In this document: positions 11,638 through 21,144 of the stretch, piece by piece
How the letters are laid out: each line of letters opens with the position of its first letter
How positions within the stretch are numbered: position 1 is the first letter of the stretch
Assembly (NCBI GenBank): GCA_963709585.1
Contig: CAVPXI010000007.1
Coordinates: 224,001-288,000 of the forward strand
Direction: 5' to 3'
DNA: 64,000 nucleotides
Source: Candidatus Dormiibacterota bacterium
Lineage (GTDB): Bacteria > Chloroflexota > Dormibacteria > Aeolococcales > Aeolococcaceae
Translations under genes and position numbers: made by a program
Notes under the pieces: generated by a model
The model's input: only the letters and a program-made list of their open reading frames with translations
What the model was told of the DNA's origin: nothing
Database searches by the model: none

Positions 11638-12982
11638 AGTGGCGCAGCGCGGGCGACTCCTCGACGATCCGGTATCCAGGAAGGTCTCCGGCGTGCGTCG
11701 CCACCTCGCCGCACACCGCAATGACGTAGTCGATGTGGCTCTGAGTGTAGGTGCGCCGCGGGATCGCCAGTCGGACCAGGTCCATATCCGCTGGCCGCTC
11801 TGAGCCGTCAGGTTGCCGACCAAACATCACCGTGCCGATCTCACAGCTGCGGATCCCGCCCGTCTCGTAAAGGGCAACCGCCAGGGCCTGACCTGGATAT
11901 TGCAGTGGATTGATGTGCGGCAGCAACCGGCGCGCGTCGATGTATATCGCGTGCCCCCCAGGCGGCTGGACGATGGGGACACCGAGGCCGGTCAACGCCT
12001 CACCGAGATACGCCGTTGACCGAATGCGGTAGCGCAGGTAGTCGTGCTGCACCACTTCGTGCAGACCTTGGGCGATCGCCTCCAGGTCGCGCCCCGCCAG
12101 ACCACCGTACGTGGGGAAACCCTCAGTGAGGATGAGCAGGTTGCGACACCGCGCCGCGAGGTCATCGTCGTTCATCGCGAGCCAGCCGCCGATGTTGGCG
12201 AGCCCGTCCTTTTTGGCGCTCATGGTCATGCCGTCCACGAGCCCTGCCATCTCGCGCACGATGTCGCGCACTTCGCTGTCCTGCTGACCTGGTTCTCGCT
12301 CGCGGATGAACCACGCGTTCTCGGCGAACCGGCACGCGTCAAGAAACAGCGGAACGCCGTAGTGGTCGCACACTTGACGCACTGCACGCAGATTCGCCAG
12401 GGACACTGGCTGGCCGCCTCCCGAGTTGTTCGTGACCGTGATAAACACGACCGGAACGGAGCCTTTTTGAGCGTGGAGGAACTCGTCGAGCCGGTCGACG
12501 TCCATGTTGCCTTTGAACGGATGTTGTGCCGAAGGATCGTGGCCCTCCGCCACGAGCAAGTCGACCGCTTCTCCCCCTGTGAACTCGACGTTGGCGCGCG
12601 TGGTGTCGAAGTGCGTGTTGTTCGGCACACTCTTGCCTGGTCCGCAGATGGCGGTGAAGAGGATCTTTTCCGCGGCCCTCCCTTGGTGCGTCGGGATGAC
12701 ATGCCGGAACGGGAAGAGATCCTGGACGGCTTCGAGGAAGCGAAACCACGACGGGGAGCCCGCGTAGCTCTCGTCGCCGTGCTGAATGGCCGCCCACTGG
12801 TCGCGTGACATCGCGCCCGTGCCTGAGTCGGTGAGCAGGTCGATGAGCACGTCATCGGAATGCAACGCGAACAGGTTGTAGCCGGCAACGAGCACGGCCC
12901 GCTGACGTTCCTCCTTCGTCGTCATGCGAAGCGGCTCAACGGAATGGATGCGGAAGGGCTCGATGATGGTGTGGAGCGGCAT
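11603..12982 (-). CDS. tnaA: Tryptophanase (PLP beta-eliminating lyase)
   Basis: EPFRIHSVE, DLLTDSGTGAM, THQGRAAE, SAKKD (PLP Lys); C-terminal LRHF as in TnaA rather than LRFF as in tyrosine phenol-lyase. Confidence 0.9.
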   Translation of the reverse strand: MPLHTIIEPFRIHSVEPLRMTTKEERQRAVLVAGYNLFALHSDDVLIDLLTDSGTGAMSRDQWAAIQHGDESYAGSPSWFRFLEAVQDLFPFRHVIPTHQGRAAEKILFTAICGPGKSVPNNTHFDTTRANVEFTGGEAVDLLVAEGHDPSAQHPFKGNMDVDRLDEFLHAQKGSVPVVFITVTNNSGGGQPVSLANLRAVRQVCDHYGVPLFLDACRFAENAWFIREREPGQQDSEVRDIVREMAGLVDGMTMSAKKDGLANIGGWLAMNDDDLAARCRNLLILTEGFPTYGGLAGRDLEAIAQGLHEVVQHDYLRYRIRSTAYLGEALTGLGVPIVQPPGGHAIYIDARRLLPHINPLQYPGQALAVALYETGGIRSCEIGTVMFGRQPDGSERPADMDLVRLAIPRRTYTQSHIDYVIAVCGEVATHAGDLPGYRIVEESPALRHFTARFEPVQAQ

Positions 12983-13147
12983 AGGCGGCATCATGCGCGC
13001 CGATGAGACCGGCCGGCCACGCTGGGACGCCGAACGGTAGTGGTCACCCCGTCTATGATTCCCGACACCGCCCTTGTATGTCGATGCGCTCACCACGCCG
13101 GGTCGCTCAATCGTGACGCGCCAGGCCGTAACATCGTCGGCGAGCGG

Positions 13148-13786
13148 ATGTTGACCTACCGGGAGGAGATCCGGCGGCTGGACAGCCTGGCGACACCAGC
13201 CCCCTGGGCCAGCGACGGAGAGCTCTACGGCGTGCGAGCGAGCGGCTCGTTCATGCCCCTCGGCTTCGCACCGCACCGCCCGCTGGACGGCCGCCTCATC
13301 GTGGTCTATCGGTCGGCCTTGATGCACCTGCTCGATGCCGTGGATGCCGTCGAAAGGCTCGCGCTGCGCGCGAGCGCGGACTTGTCGGTGCCGGCGGCCA
13401 TCGGCATCCGCCAGATCCTGACCATCCTCGACGCTACTGATGGCGCCAGGGCGTCCTTCCTGGAGAGCTTGGCGGAACTCGACCGCACGACGACGCCGCC
13501 GCCGTGGGATCCCGGACACCTGGTGCTCGGCATGGAGCTCGATGCCGAGCTTCGGTCATCGCTCGGAATTGCCACTCCCAAGGCCGGCGACTGTCAGCTC
13601 ATCGCCGTGGCCCGTGTCGCGGTGCCGCGGGCACTCGAGTTCGTCGCTTTCGCCGCGGCGGTTGTCTTGCAGCACGCGCATCGCGACGGCTCTCTCGGCC
13701 GCGAGGGAGCGGCGGTCATCGCGGCAGCGGTGTCTGCGTTCGACCAGCATCGCGCCAGCGAGGGACGTGGGACAGGCACCGTCTGA
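13148..13786 (+). CDS. Hypothetical protein with two internal Ead/Ea22-like repeats
   Basis: ATPAPW...DGRLIVVYRSALMHLLD and TTPPPW...DCQLIAVARVAVPRALE. Confidence 0.55.
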   Translation: MLTYREEIRRLDSLATPAPWASDGELYGVRASGSFMPLGFAPHRPLDGRLIVVYRSALMHLLDAVDAVERLALRASADLSVPAAIGIRQILTILDATDGARASFLESLAELDRTTTPPPWDPGHLVLGMELDAELRSSLGIATPKAGDCQLIAVARVAVPRALEFVAFAAAVVLQHAHRDGSLGREGAAVIAAAVSAFDQHRASEGRGTGTV

Positions 13787-13876
13787 GGGTGCTTCGATAC
13801 GCCAAGGTCGAATGGCCATGACACAAGACGTCCTTCGGCTCTGGTCGCCCGTATACGCCTGAGCCATTCTGGGCAG

Positions 13877-14188
13877 ATGGATCACGATCACCCGATCGTC
13901 ATGCTTGATCCCACGACGGATCAGGTTCTCGCGGAATGCGACGGTCCGGATGCGAGCGGCCGGTGCCCGATGGCCGACCGCCCCCCTTACCTCTGCGCGG
14001 GGTTGCACCTCATCGGCACCGGGGATGGCTCCGGGCACGGGTCATTCATGGTCACGAAGATGGAGCCTGGGCGCTGTCCGATCGCCGTCGTCAACGAGCC
14101 TCGCGCGAGCCGCAAGGACGGAATGCTCGAGACCGAACCAGTGAGCCGGTTCGCACCGACCGCGACCGCTCGAAGAGGAGAGATATGA
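13877..14188 (+). CDS. Small Cys-motif hypothetical protein
   Basis: CDGP...GRCP...CAG...GRCP; stop overlaps the next ATG (ATGA). Confidence 0.55.
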   Translation: MDHDHPIVMLDPTTDQVLAECDGPDASGRCPMADRPPYLCAGLHLIGTGDGSGHGSFMVTKMEPGRCPIAVVNEPRASRKDGMLETEPVSRFAPTATARRGEI

Positions 14189-14645
14189 GTCCGGAGAGTG
14201 CGCAGATGAGTGAGCTTTACGAGCCCCACCTCACGACCCTCACGCGAGAGGAATGCCTTGAGCACTTGCGGGGAGCGGTCGTCGGCCGCATTGGTTACGT
14301 GGCAGACGGCATGGCGATCATCATTCCAGTCAACTTCGCGCTGTTGGGCAGTGACATCGTCTTCTGTACGGCAATGGGGAGCAAGCTCAGTTGGCTGAGC
14401 CTCCGCGAACGCGTGGCTTTTGAGGCCGATGAGAGCAGGCGGCCGATCATGAAGGCTGGAGCGTGCTTATCCAGGGTGTCGCCCGAGAGGTAACCCGTCC
14501 GGAGGAACTCGCGGTCCTCCGTCGTGGCCCCGTGCGTTCCTGGTTGCGGTCGCCGCACGAGCACTGGGTGCGAATCAGCATCGAAGCGATGTCCGGCCGA
14601 GCACTCCATGGTGCCCCAGCCACCGACTAACTCATGCGAGCCTGA
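14185..14645 (+). pseudogene. Pyridoxamine 5'-phosphate oxidase-like FMN-binding protein, copy 1 (1-nt deletion ~14440)
   Basis: 461 nt versus 462 nt for the intact paralogue; GCAGGCGGCC versus GCAGGCCGGCC. Confidence 0.75.
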
Positions 14646-14682
14646 TCCCGAACGCGCGATGAGGATACGGACCCGCGGCGAG

Positions 14683-14940
14683 TCACGGCTTCCTGGTCAG
14701 GGCAACCAGCGCGTCGGTTCGCTTCCAGTTTTGGGCGTCGAGAAGATCTCGCCGCTGGTCGGCTGACATCTCATCCTGCCCGAGGCCGCGAACCCGGTCG
14801 AGCTCTAGATCTGCCTCAATCAGGTTCAGGACACCGGGGATGGCCTCCTGGATCGCTCGGAGCTCGGCGCCAACGGCAGCCGGGCTATCGCGCAGCCGCA
14901 ACAGCAATGAATGGGCCGATTCGGGATAGGGATGGCTCAT
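14683..14940 (-). CDS. Hypothetical protein (85 aa)
   Basis: Strong RBS GGAGGAGGTG before ATG; helical-looking composition. Confidence 0.6.
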   Translation of the reverse strand: MSHPYPESAHSLLLRLRDSPAAVGAELRAIQEAIPGVLNLIEADLELDRVRGLGQDEMSADQRRDLLDAQNWKRTDALVALTRKP

Positions 14941-15421
14941 CAACTCACCTCCTCCGCCGCCGGATCAGGTCGGGGTGGCACCTGGCTAAGGACACCGCCG
15001 GACGGCGTCCCCCACCAGGCCAGCCCGATTCGTACTGTGCCCCTCGACCCAAGGTCCGACCCAGGAATACCGCCAAAAAGAGAGTCCGAGTATGGGCGGC
15101 TGAAGACAGGAACTGGTGGTTCTGCCAACACCGACCATTCGCCGGTAGCGTCCGCGACCGTCATGGCCCATGAGGCCGTGGAACGTTTCGGAGGCCACGA
15201 CACTCGACAACGGAGAGTGGATTGGACCCTGTGATCGCCTCATCATACTAGCACGGCGGCGCAACAAATATCGGGACAACCTGCTACGTTGTGAGGGTCC
15301 CAGGACCGAGGCGAGAGCAGTCAAGGCGCCGGTCGGGGCGACCTTCTCAGGGGTTGTCAGCCAGTTCCTCCACGTTTCTTCTTGGCCCTCCAAACGCGCA
15401 CTCCGTTGGAGGAGCACCCAC

Positions 15422-16918
15422 ATGGCTGTTGCAACCCGCCCCACCGAGAAAACTCGGTTTTTCACGTCGTCGCCTCGCGCGCTGCTCATAAATGGCAAAT
15501 TCGAGCAGGCCGAGAGCGGCAAGACCTTCGACACGCTGAACCCGGCCACCGACACGGTGCTCGCCAGCGTCGCCGAGGGCGACGCACACGACATCGATCG
15601 CGCAGTGCGAGCTGCTCGCCGAGCATTCGAGAACGGCCCGTGGAGCCACATGACTCCCTCAGAACGCGGCCAGATCATGCACCGCATCGGCGACCTGATC
15701 ATGGAACACGCAGACGAACTTGCGGAGCTCGATTGCCTTGACAATGGCAAGGCGCTCGGCGTGGCCCGCGCTGCTGATGTTCCGCTCGCGGCCGACCTGT
15801 TCTGGTACATGGCAGGTTGGGCCACGAAGCTGAACGGCGGCACCATCAACCCGTCGGTGCCCTACCTCCCCGGCGCCGAGTTCCACGCCTACACACTGCG
15901 CGAGCCGGTCGGCGTTGTCGGCCAGATCATCCCCTGGAATTTCCCACTGCTGATGGCCGCATGGAAGCTGGGTCCGGCATTGGCGACGGGTTGCACCGTG
16001 GTCCTCAAGCCTGCCGAGCAGACACCACTTTCGGCCCTGCGCTTGGGCGAACTCATGCTCAAGGCCGGCCTCCCCGACGGGGTGGTCAACATCGTCACCG
16101 GATTCGGTGAGACCGCCGGCGCCGCGCTCGCTGCACATCCTGGTGTCGACAAGATTGCCTTCACCGGCTCCACGGAGGTCGGCAGACTGATCGCAACGGC
16201 TGCCACCGGCAACCTGAAGAAGGTCTCGCTGGAGCTCGGTGGCAAGTCGCCGAACATCATCTTTTCCGACGCGGACATCGACGCGGCTGTCGCCGGCGCG
16301 GCACAGGGAATCTTCTTCAACCAGGGCGAGGTGTGCTGTGCGGGGAGCCGTCTCTTCGTGCAGCAGGACCGCTTCGATGAAGTGGTGGAGGGCGTCGCCA
16401 AGGCGGCGAAGAAGATCAAGGTCGGACCTGGCATGGATCCGGACACGGATATGGGCCCGCTGGTCTCTCGCGAGCAGTTCGATCGGGTCACCGGGTACCT
16501 CGCCAAGGGTGAGCAGGCGGGCAACCGCGCGCTGGCCGGCGGCCACGCGCTCGACCGCCCGGGCTACTTCGTGGAGCCGACCGTGTTGGTGGACGTCCAA
16601 CCCAACGATGTCGTGCTGCGCGAAGAGATCTTTGGACCGGTGATTGTCGCGTTGCCGTTCAGCGACGTGGACGACCTTGCCCGCCAAGCCAACGACACCG
16701 TCTATGGACTGGCCGCGGGAGTGTGGACCAAGGACATCTCGAAAGCCCATAAGCTCGCCAGGCGCATCAAGGCAGGCACGGTATGGGTCAACACCTACAA
16801 CGTGTTCAGCGCGGAACTGCCGTTCGGCGGCTTCAAGCAAAGCGGCTGGGGCCGCGAGATGGGCGAGGAGGTCCTCTCCAGCTACCTCGAGACCAAGTCG
16901 GTGATCGTCCAGCTCTAG
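15422..16918 (+). CDS. NAD(P)-dependent aldehyde dehydrogenase
   Basis: GQIIPWNFP, FTGSTEVG, LELGGKSP, catalytic GEVCCAG, EEIFGPV; RBS GGAGGAG. Confidence 0.95.
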   Translation: MAVATRPTEKTRFFTSSPRALLINGKFEQAESGKTFDTLNPATDTVLASVAEGDAHDIDRAVRAARRAFENGPWSHMTPSERGQIMHRIGDLIMEHADELAELDCLDNGKALGVARAADVPLAADLFWYMAGWATKLNGGTINPSVPYLPGAEFHAYTLREPVGVVGQIIPWNFPLLMAAWKLGPALATGCTVVLKPAEQTPLSALRLGELMLKAGLPDGVVNIVTGFGETAGAALAAHPGVDKIAFTGSTEVGRLIATAATGNLKKVSLELGGKSPNIIFSDADIDAAVAGAAQGIFFNQGEVCCAGSRLFVQQDRFDEVVEGVAKAAKKIKVGPGMDPDTDMGPLVSREQFDRVTGYLAKGEQAGNRALAGGHALDRPGYFVEPTVLVDVQPNDVVLREEIFGPVIVALPFSDVDDLARQANDTVYGLAAGVWTKDISKAHKLARRIKAGTVWVNTYNVFSAELPFGGFKQSGWGREMGEEVLSSYLETKSVIVQL

Positions 16919-16937
16919 TCTGGGTTTCCTCTGCGAA

Positions 16938-16971
16938 CGTCGCCGTCGGGTTTCCTAACCCGGCGGCGACG
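16938..16971 (+). terminator. GC-rich hairpin after the aldehyde dehydrogenase
   Basis: CGTCGCCGTCGGGTT-TCCT-AACCCGGCGGCGACG; no U-tract. Confidence 0.5.
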
Positions 16972-17005
16972 CACTCGCGACCGAAGAATCGGGGTTCGCG
17001 CTTCC

Positions 17006-17602
17006 CGCCAAGGTCGAATGGCCATGACACAAGACGACCTTCGGCTCTGGTCGCCCGTATACGCCTTGGCCATGCTGGGCTCCAGGCCGAACCAATGAGC
17101 CGGTTCGCACCGACGGCGACCGCTTGAAGAGGAGAGATATGAGTCCAGAGCATGCGCAGATGAGTGAGCCTTACGAGCCCCAGCTCACGACCCTCACGCG
17201 AGACGAATGCCTTGCGCTCTTGCGGAGAGCGGTCGTCGGCCGCATCGGCTACGTTGCAGACGGCATGGCGATCATCATTCCAGTCAACTTCGCGCTCTTC
17301 GACGGTGACATCGTCTTCTGTACGGCAAGGGGGAGCAAGCTCAGTTGGCTGAGCCTGCGCGAACGCGTGGCTTTTGAGGCCGATGAGAGCAGGCCGGCCG
17401 ATCATGAAGGCTGGAGCGTGCTCATCCAGGGGGTCGCTCGAGAGGTAACCGATCCGGACGAGCTCGCGGTCCTCCGTCGTGGCCACCTGCGTTCCTGGTT
17501 TCGGTCGCCACACGAGCACTGGGTGCGAATCAGCATCGACGCGATTTCGGGCCGAGCACTCCATGCTGCCCCATCCACCGACCGAATCATGCGAGCCTGA
17601 TC
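17006..17602 (+). repeat. Segmental duplication, copy 2 (lacks the ~250-bp small Cys ORF)
   Basis: Aligns by eye to 13800-13873 and then directly to ~14126-14647. Confidence 0.9.
17139..17600 (+). CDS. Pyridoxamine 5'-phosphate oxidase-like FMN-binding protein
   Basis: LTRDECLALL...VGRIG...PVNF...VAFEAD...GWSV..QG.A; RBS GAGGAG. Confidence 0.85.
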   Translation: MSPEHAQMSEPYEPQLTTLTRDECLALLRRAVVGRIGYVADGMAIIIPVNFALFDGDIVFCTARGSKLSWLSLRERVAFEADESRPADHEGWSVLIQGVAREVTDPDELAVLRRGHLRSWFRSPHEHWVRISIDAISGRALHAAPSTDRIMRA

Positions 17603-17654
17603 TCGAATGCACGACGGGCGGGACGCCTGAGCTCTGGACTACGATGGTCCGACT

Positions 17655-18440
17655 ATGGCTGTCGTCGAGCCGGCCGCCAGCGAAGCGGAGACACCGCGCC
17701 TCTTCTCTGGAAAGGTGGCCATCGTCACCGGGGGCACGCGCGGCATCGGAGCTGCGATCACCAGGGAGCTCAGTCGTCACGGCGCGCATGTGGCCGCCGG
17801 GTTCAACAGCGACGCCGAGTCCGCTACCGCCTTGCGCGACGAGCTTTCCGCTCAAGGTGGCTCGATCTCCGTGCACCAGGGCAATGTCGGGATCACCGAG
17901 GACTGTACCCGCGTCGTCGACGAGGTCTTGACTGGTTACGGTCATGTCGACTTCCTCGTCAACAACGCCGGGATCACCGTCGACAAGACCGTCCGAAAGA
18001 TGTCGGTCGAGGACTGGCACGCGGTGATGCGGATCAACATCTCGGGCGCGTTCTACATGATGAAGGCCGTTCTCGACCATATGCTCGAACGCGGCAACGG
18101 TCGGATCGTCAACCTGAGTTCCGTGATCGGACAGACCGGCAACATCGGACAAGCGAATTACGCTGCCTCAAAGGCAGCGCTCTTCGGACTCACGCAGAGC
18201 CTCGCACTGGAGACGGCCCGCAAAGGGATCACCGTCAATTGCGTGGCTCCTGGATTCATTGCGACCGAGATGGTGACCAAGATCCCGCAACCGATCCTCG
18301 ACGGCATCATCGAGAAAGTGCCGCTCCGTCGACTTGGCCGGCCCGAAGAGGTTGCTCGCGTGGTTCGTTTCCTCCTCGAGGACGAGTCGTCCTACATCAC
18401 GGGAGCCATGTACGCGGTGAACGGCGGCCTGTTCATGTGA
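17655..18440 (+). CDS. phaB: Acetoacetyl-CoA reductase (SDR)
   Basis: TGGTRGIG, NNAGIT.D, GQANYAASK, APGFIATEM; directly upstream of PHA synthase. Confidence 0.8.
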   Translation: MAVVEPAASEAETPRLFSGKVAIVTGGTRGIGAAITRELSRHGAHVAAGFNSDAESATALRDELSAQGGSISVHQGNVGITEDCTRVVDEVLTGYGHVDFLVNNAGITVDKTVRKMSVEDWHAVMRINISGAFYMMKAVLDHMLERGNGRIVNLSSVIGQTGNIGQANYAASKAALFGLTQSLALETARKGITVNCVAPGFIATEMVTKIPQPILDGIIEKVPLRRLGRPEEVARVVRFLLEDESSYITGAMYAVNGGLFM

Positions 18441-18447
18441 TCGGCTC

Positions 18448-20208
18448 GTGAGCACCGAAATGGGCGAGGACACGGCCTATGGGGCGCTGCTCGCCAAGGT
18501 GGACCAGAGCGATTTCGGAGGAGCCCTGCGCAGCGTCTTCCTCGATGACGCAATACGTCACCCACTGCACTTCGCGAAGGCCGGTCTGGATCTCTCGGCC
18601 GGGCAGGCGGGGGTAGCCGCGCGCGCGGCACGGCGCGCAGTTGGCCGTGGAAACGGTGACCTGGTTGCTCCGGGCGACAACCGCTTTGCGGACCGGACGT
18701 GGCAGGCGAACCCCGCCTTTCGAACCGTGGCCGAAAGCTATCTGAGCATGGTGCAGTGGGCGCAGCAGCTGGTCGATACGTCACACGCTCCCGCCGCCCA
18801 GCGTGAGAAGGCGCGGTTCGCGGTCAACCTCATGCTCGATGCGCTCGCTCCGACCAATGTGCCGTGGATGAATCCCGCGGTCTTGAAGGAGACGTTCGAA
18901 ACGGGTGGTCAGAGCCTCATCGCGGGCGCGAGCAACTTCGTCGACGACCTGCTGCACCATGGCGGACGGCCACGTCAGGTCGACACAACATCATTCAGCG
19001 TCGGCGAGAACCTCGCGGCAACCCCGGGGCGCGTGGTGATGCGCAACTCCTTGATCGAATTGCTCATGTATGAGCCACAAACCGATCTGGTCCACGCGCA
19101 ACCGATCCTGTGCAGCCCACCATGGATCAACAAGTACTACATCATGGATCTGGCACCCGGCCGATCCTTCATCGAGTACGCGGTGCAGCACGGCTTCACC
19201 GTGTTCTGTATCAGCTACCGCAACCCCGACGCGTCGATGCGGGAAGTGAGCTGGGACGACTATCTGCAGCTCGGGCTGATGGCGTCGCTCGACCAGGTCA
19301 GCGAGATCACCTGCTCACCAGTCGTGAACATCGTCGGTCTCTGTCTCGGCGGAACGATGTCGACGATCGGTTTGGCGCACCTTGCGGCCAAGGGCGAGGC
19401 CGCACGAGTGGGCTGGATGACCGTCACCAACACGCTGGTCGACTTCAGCATCCCCGGTACTCTCGGCGTCTTCGCCGATCGCAAGAGCGTGATGCGGCTC
19501 GAACAGAACATGAAGCAGCACGGCTACCTCGAAGCGTCCGCGATGGCGCAGACGTTCGACTGGCTGCGCGGCAACGACCTGGTCTGGAATTACATCATCA
19601 ACAATTGGTACATGGGCAAGACCCCACCAGCATTCGACCTCCTGGCGTGGAATGGGGACAGCACGAACATGCCGGCGGCGATGCACACGCAATACCTGCG
19701 AGCCTGCTACGTCGACAACCTGCTGATTCGCCCAGATGCGTTTTGGATCGCCGGCACCCCGATCGATCTCAGGAAAATCAAGCAGCCGATGTACGTTCTC
19801 GGCGCCGAGAACGACCACATCGCCCCGTGGAAGGGATCGTATCTGACCACCCAACACGTCGGCGGCGAGGTCCGCTACACGCTGACGTCGAGCGGACACG
19901 TTGCCGGCATCGTCAATCCGCCTGGCAACCCGAAGGCGGCGTTCTGGACTCGCCCGCATGCGGATCGCGGTGTCGATGCCGAGGCGTGGCGCGAGGGAGC
20001 AGAACGTGTGAGCGGGAGTTGGTGGGACGACTGGGTAGCGTGGGCCGCGGAACGCTCGGGGGAACTCGTCGTGCCCCCACGCGTCCCGCTCGGCGATCCG
20101 GCTCCTGGGAGCTACGCCAAGGGCGAGGAGGCTCGACCCTTCAAAGCGAGATCCTCGGCGCGCCGGTCCCAGCGTGCTCGAACCGGCGCAGCAGCGAAGC
20201 GTTCCTGA
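18448..20208 (+). CDS. phaC: Polyhydroxyalkanoate synthase (class I/II-like)
   Basis: PPWINKYYIMDL, lipase box GLCLGG, DHIAPW, SGHVAGIVNPP. Confidence 0.93.
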   Translation: MSTEMGEDTAYGALLAKVDQSDFGGALRSVFLDDAIRHPLHFAKAGLDLSAGQAGVAARAARRAVGRGNGDLVAPGDNRFADRTWQANPAFRTVAESYLSMVQWAQQLVDTSHAPAAQREKARFAVNLMLDALAPTNVPWMNPAVLKETFETGGQSLIAGASNFVDDLLHHGGRPRQVDTTSFSVGENLAATPGRVVMRNSLIELLMYEPQTDLVHAQPILCSPPWINKYYIMDLAPGRSFIEYAVQHGFTVFCISYRNPDASMREVSWDDYLQLGLMASLDQVSEITCSPVVNIVGLCLGGTMSTIGLAHLAAKGEAARVGWMTVTNTLVDFSIPGTLGVFADRKSVMRLEQNMKQHGYLEASAMAQTFDWLRGNDLVWNYIINNWYMGKTPPAFDLLAWNGDSTNMPAAMHTQYLRACYVDNLLIRPDAFWIAGTPIDLRKIKQPMYVLGAENDHIAPWKGSYLTTQHVGGEVRYTLTSSGHVAGIVNPPGNPKAAFWTRPHADRGVDAEAWREGAERVSGSWWDDWVAWAAERSGELVVPPRVPLGDPAPGSYAKGEEARPFKARSSARRSQRARTGAAAKRS

Positions 20209-20239
20209 CCGACGATCCTCAGCGGGACTTCGGCTTCGA

Positions 20240-20674
20240 TTAGGCCGGCGCCGCTTTGGATGGCTTGGCTGCGGCGGCCGTCTTGCGCCCCGGGCGCGAC
20301 GGTGTCGCGCGATTCGCGGGCGGCTGCTGATTGGCGATCAGGCCCCGGTAGACCTGGATCAACGCCTGCTTGGCTTCCTGCGTGAGCCGACCGTCCACCC
20401 GGATGGCGTCCTCGACGGTCAGGACGGGGCGTTCTACCGAGTTATCCAGAAGGCCGGCCTCCCGGTACAAGGTCTCGGCAGACATGTCGAGCGCGTCCGC
20501 GATGCCCTTGAGCACCTGGGCTGACGGCGTGTACACACCGCGCTCGATCTGACTGAGATACGGATTCGACACCTTGGCCAGCCCGGCGAGCTGGCGCATC
20601 GAGAGTGACATCAGCTCCCGCTGCGTTCGGATGAAGTCCCCGACTGACTTGAACGGTGGCGTGGGCTCGGACAT
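20240..20674 (-). CDS. XRE-family HTH regulator
   Basis: GDFIRTQRE...SMRQLA...VSNPYLSQIERG...PS..VL..IA.AL; Lys/Ala-rich tail. Confidence 0.9.
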   Translation of the reverse strand: MSEPTPPFKSVGDFIRTQRELMSLSMRQLAGLAKVSNPYLSQIERGVYTPSAQVLKGIADALDMSAETLYREAGLLDNSVERPVLTVEDAIRVDGRLTQEAKQALIQVYRGLIANQQPPANRATPSRPGRKTAAAAKPSKAAPA

Positions 20675-20680
20675 GAGCCA

Positions 20681-20748
20681 ATCCTAGCGCTTGGGGAGCC
20701 AAGCTGATGGAGGGTTGACATAAATAGCGACCGCTTGGTATACTAAGC
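20681..20748. promoter_or_regulatory. Divergent promoters with two GCTTGG-N4-CYAAGC operators
   Basis: TTGACA(20715-20)-N18-TATACT(20739-44); inverted repeats at 20689-20704 and 20733-20748; minus-strand TAGGAT 6 nt before the XRE ATG. Confidence 0.7.
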
Positions 20749-20783
20749 GCCATACAGCAGCCTCGATGCAAAGGAGACCACCA

Positions 20784-21056
20784 ATGACCGACTACCAGAC
20801 CCATGTGACCGACCTGCAGAAGCAGTTCCTGACCGCGATCCAGAAGGTTGGCGAGGTTCAGGTCAAGCTCTTCGAGGCAGTTCGCGAGATGCCCGCAACC
20901 CTCGAGAGTGGCCAGCTGACTCCCGCCGAGATGGTGGAGAAGTCGTTCGACTTCGCGACCCAGGTGCTCGACACCCAGCGCGACATGACCCTTCGGCTCA
21001 TCAACGCCGCTGGTGGGCCAGCGACCAAGACCCGGACTGCCAAGCAAGCCGCGTAA
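20784..21056 (+). CDS. Small amphipathic phasin-like protein (putative)
   Basis: RBS AAGGAG; 90 aa, helical, Ala/Lys tail; sits in the PHA locus. Confidence 0.55.
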   Translation: MTDYQTHVTDLQKQFLTAIQKVGEVQVKLFEAVREMPATLESGQLTPAEMVEKSFDFATQVLDTQRDMTLRLINAAGGPATKTRTAKQAA

Positions 21057-21061
21057 TCCCT

Positions 21062-21093
21062 CGATACGGGTCGGGGCAACCCGACCCGTATCG
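21062..21093. terminator. Hairpin between convergent genes
   Basis: CGATACGGGTCGGG-GCAA-CCCGACCCGTATCG, perfect 14-bp stem. Confidence 0.75.
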
Positions 21094-21144
21094 GATCCAA
21101 TGCCCAGCGACGAAGCCTGAACCTAACGCTCGGCCGTGACCCAC

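Larger units (their letters stand above)
13800..14647 (+). repeat. Segmental duplication, copy 1
   Basis: CGCCAAGGTCGAATGGCCATGACACAAGACG... and the whole PNPOx-like gene recur at 17006-17602. Confidence 0.9.

Noticed and set aside
12983-13519. Long N-terminal extension of tnaA, or a TnaC-like leader peptide
   Set aside because: The extension is the antisense shadow of the 13148-13786 gene; no TnaC-like leader or tnaB was seen
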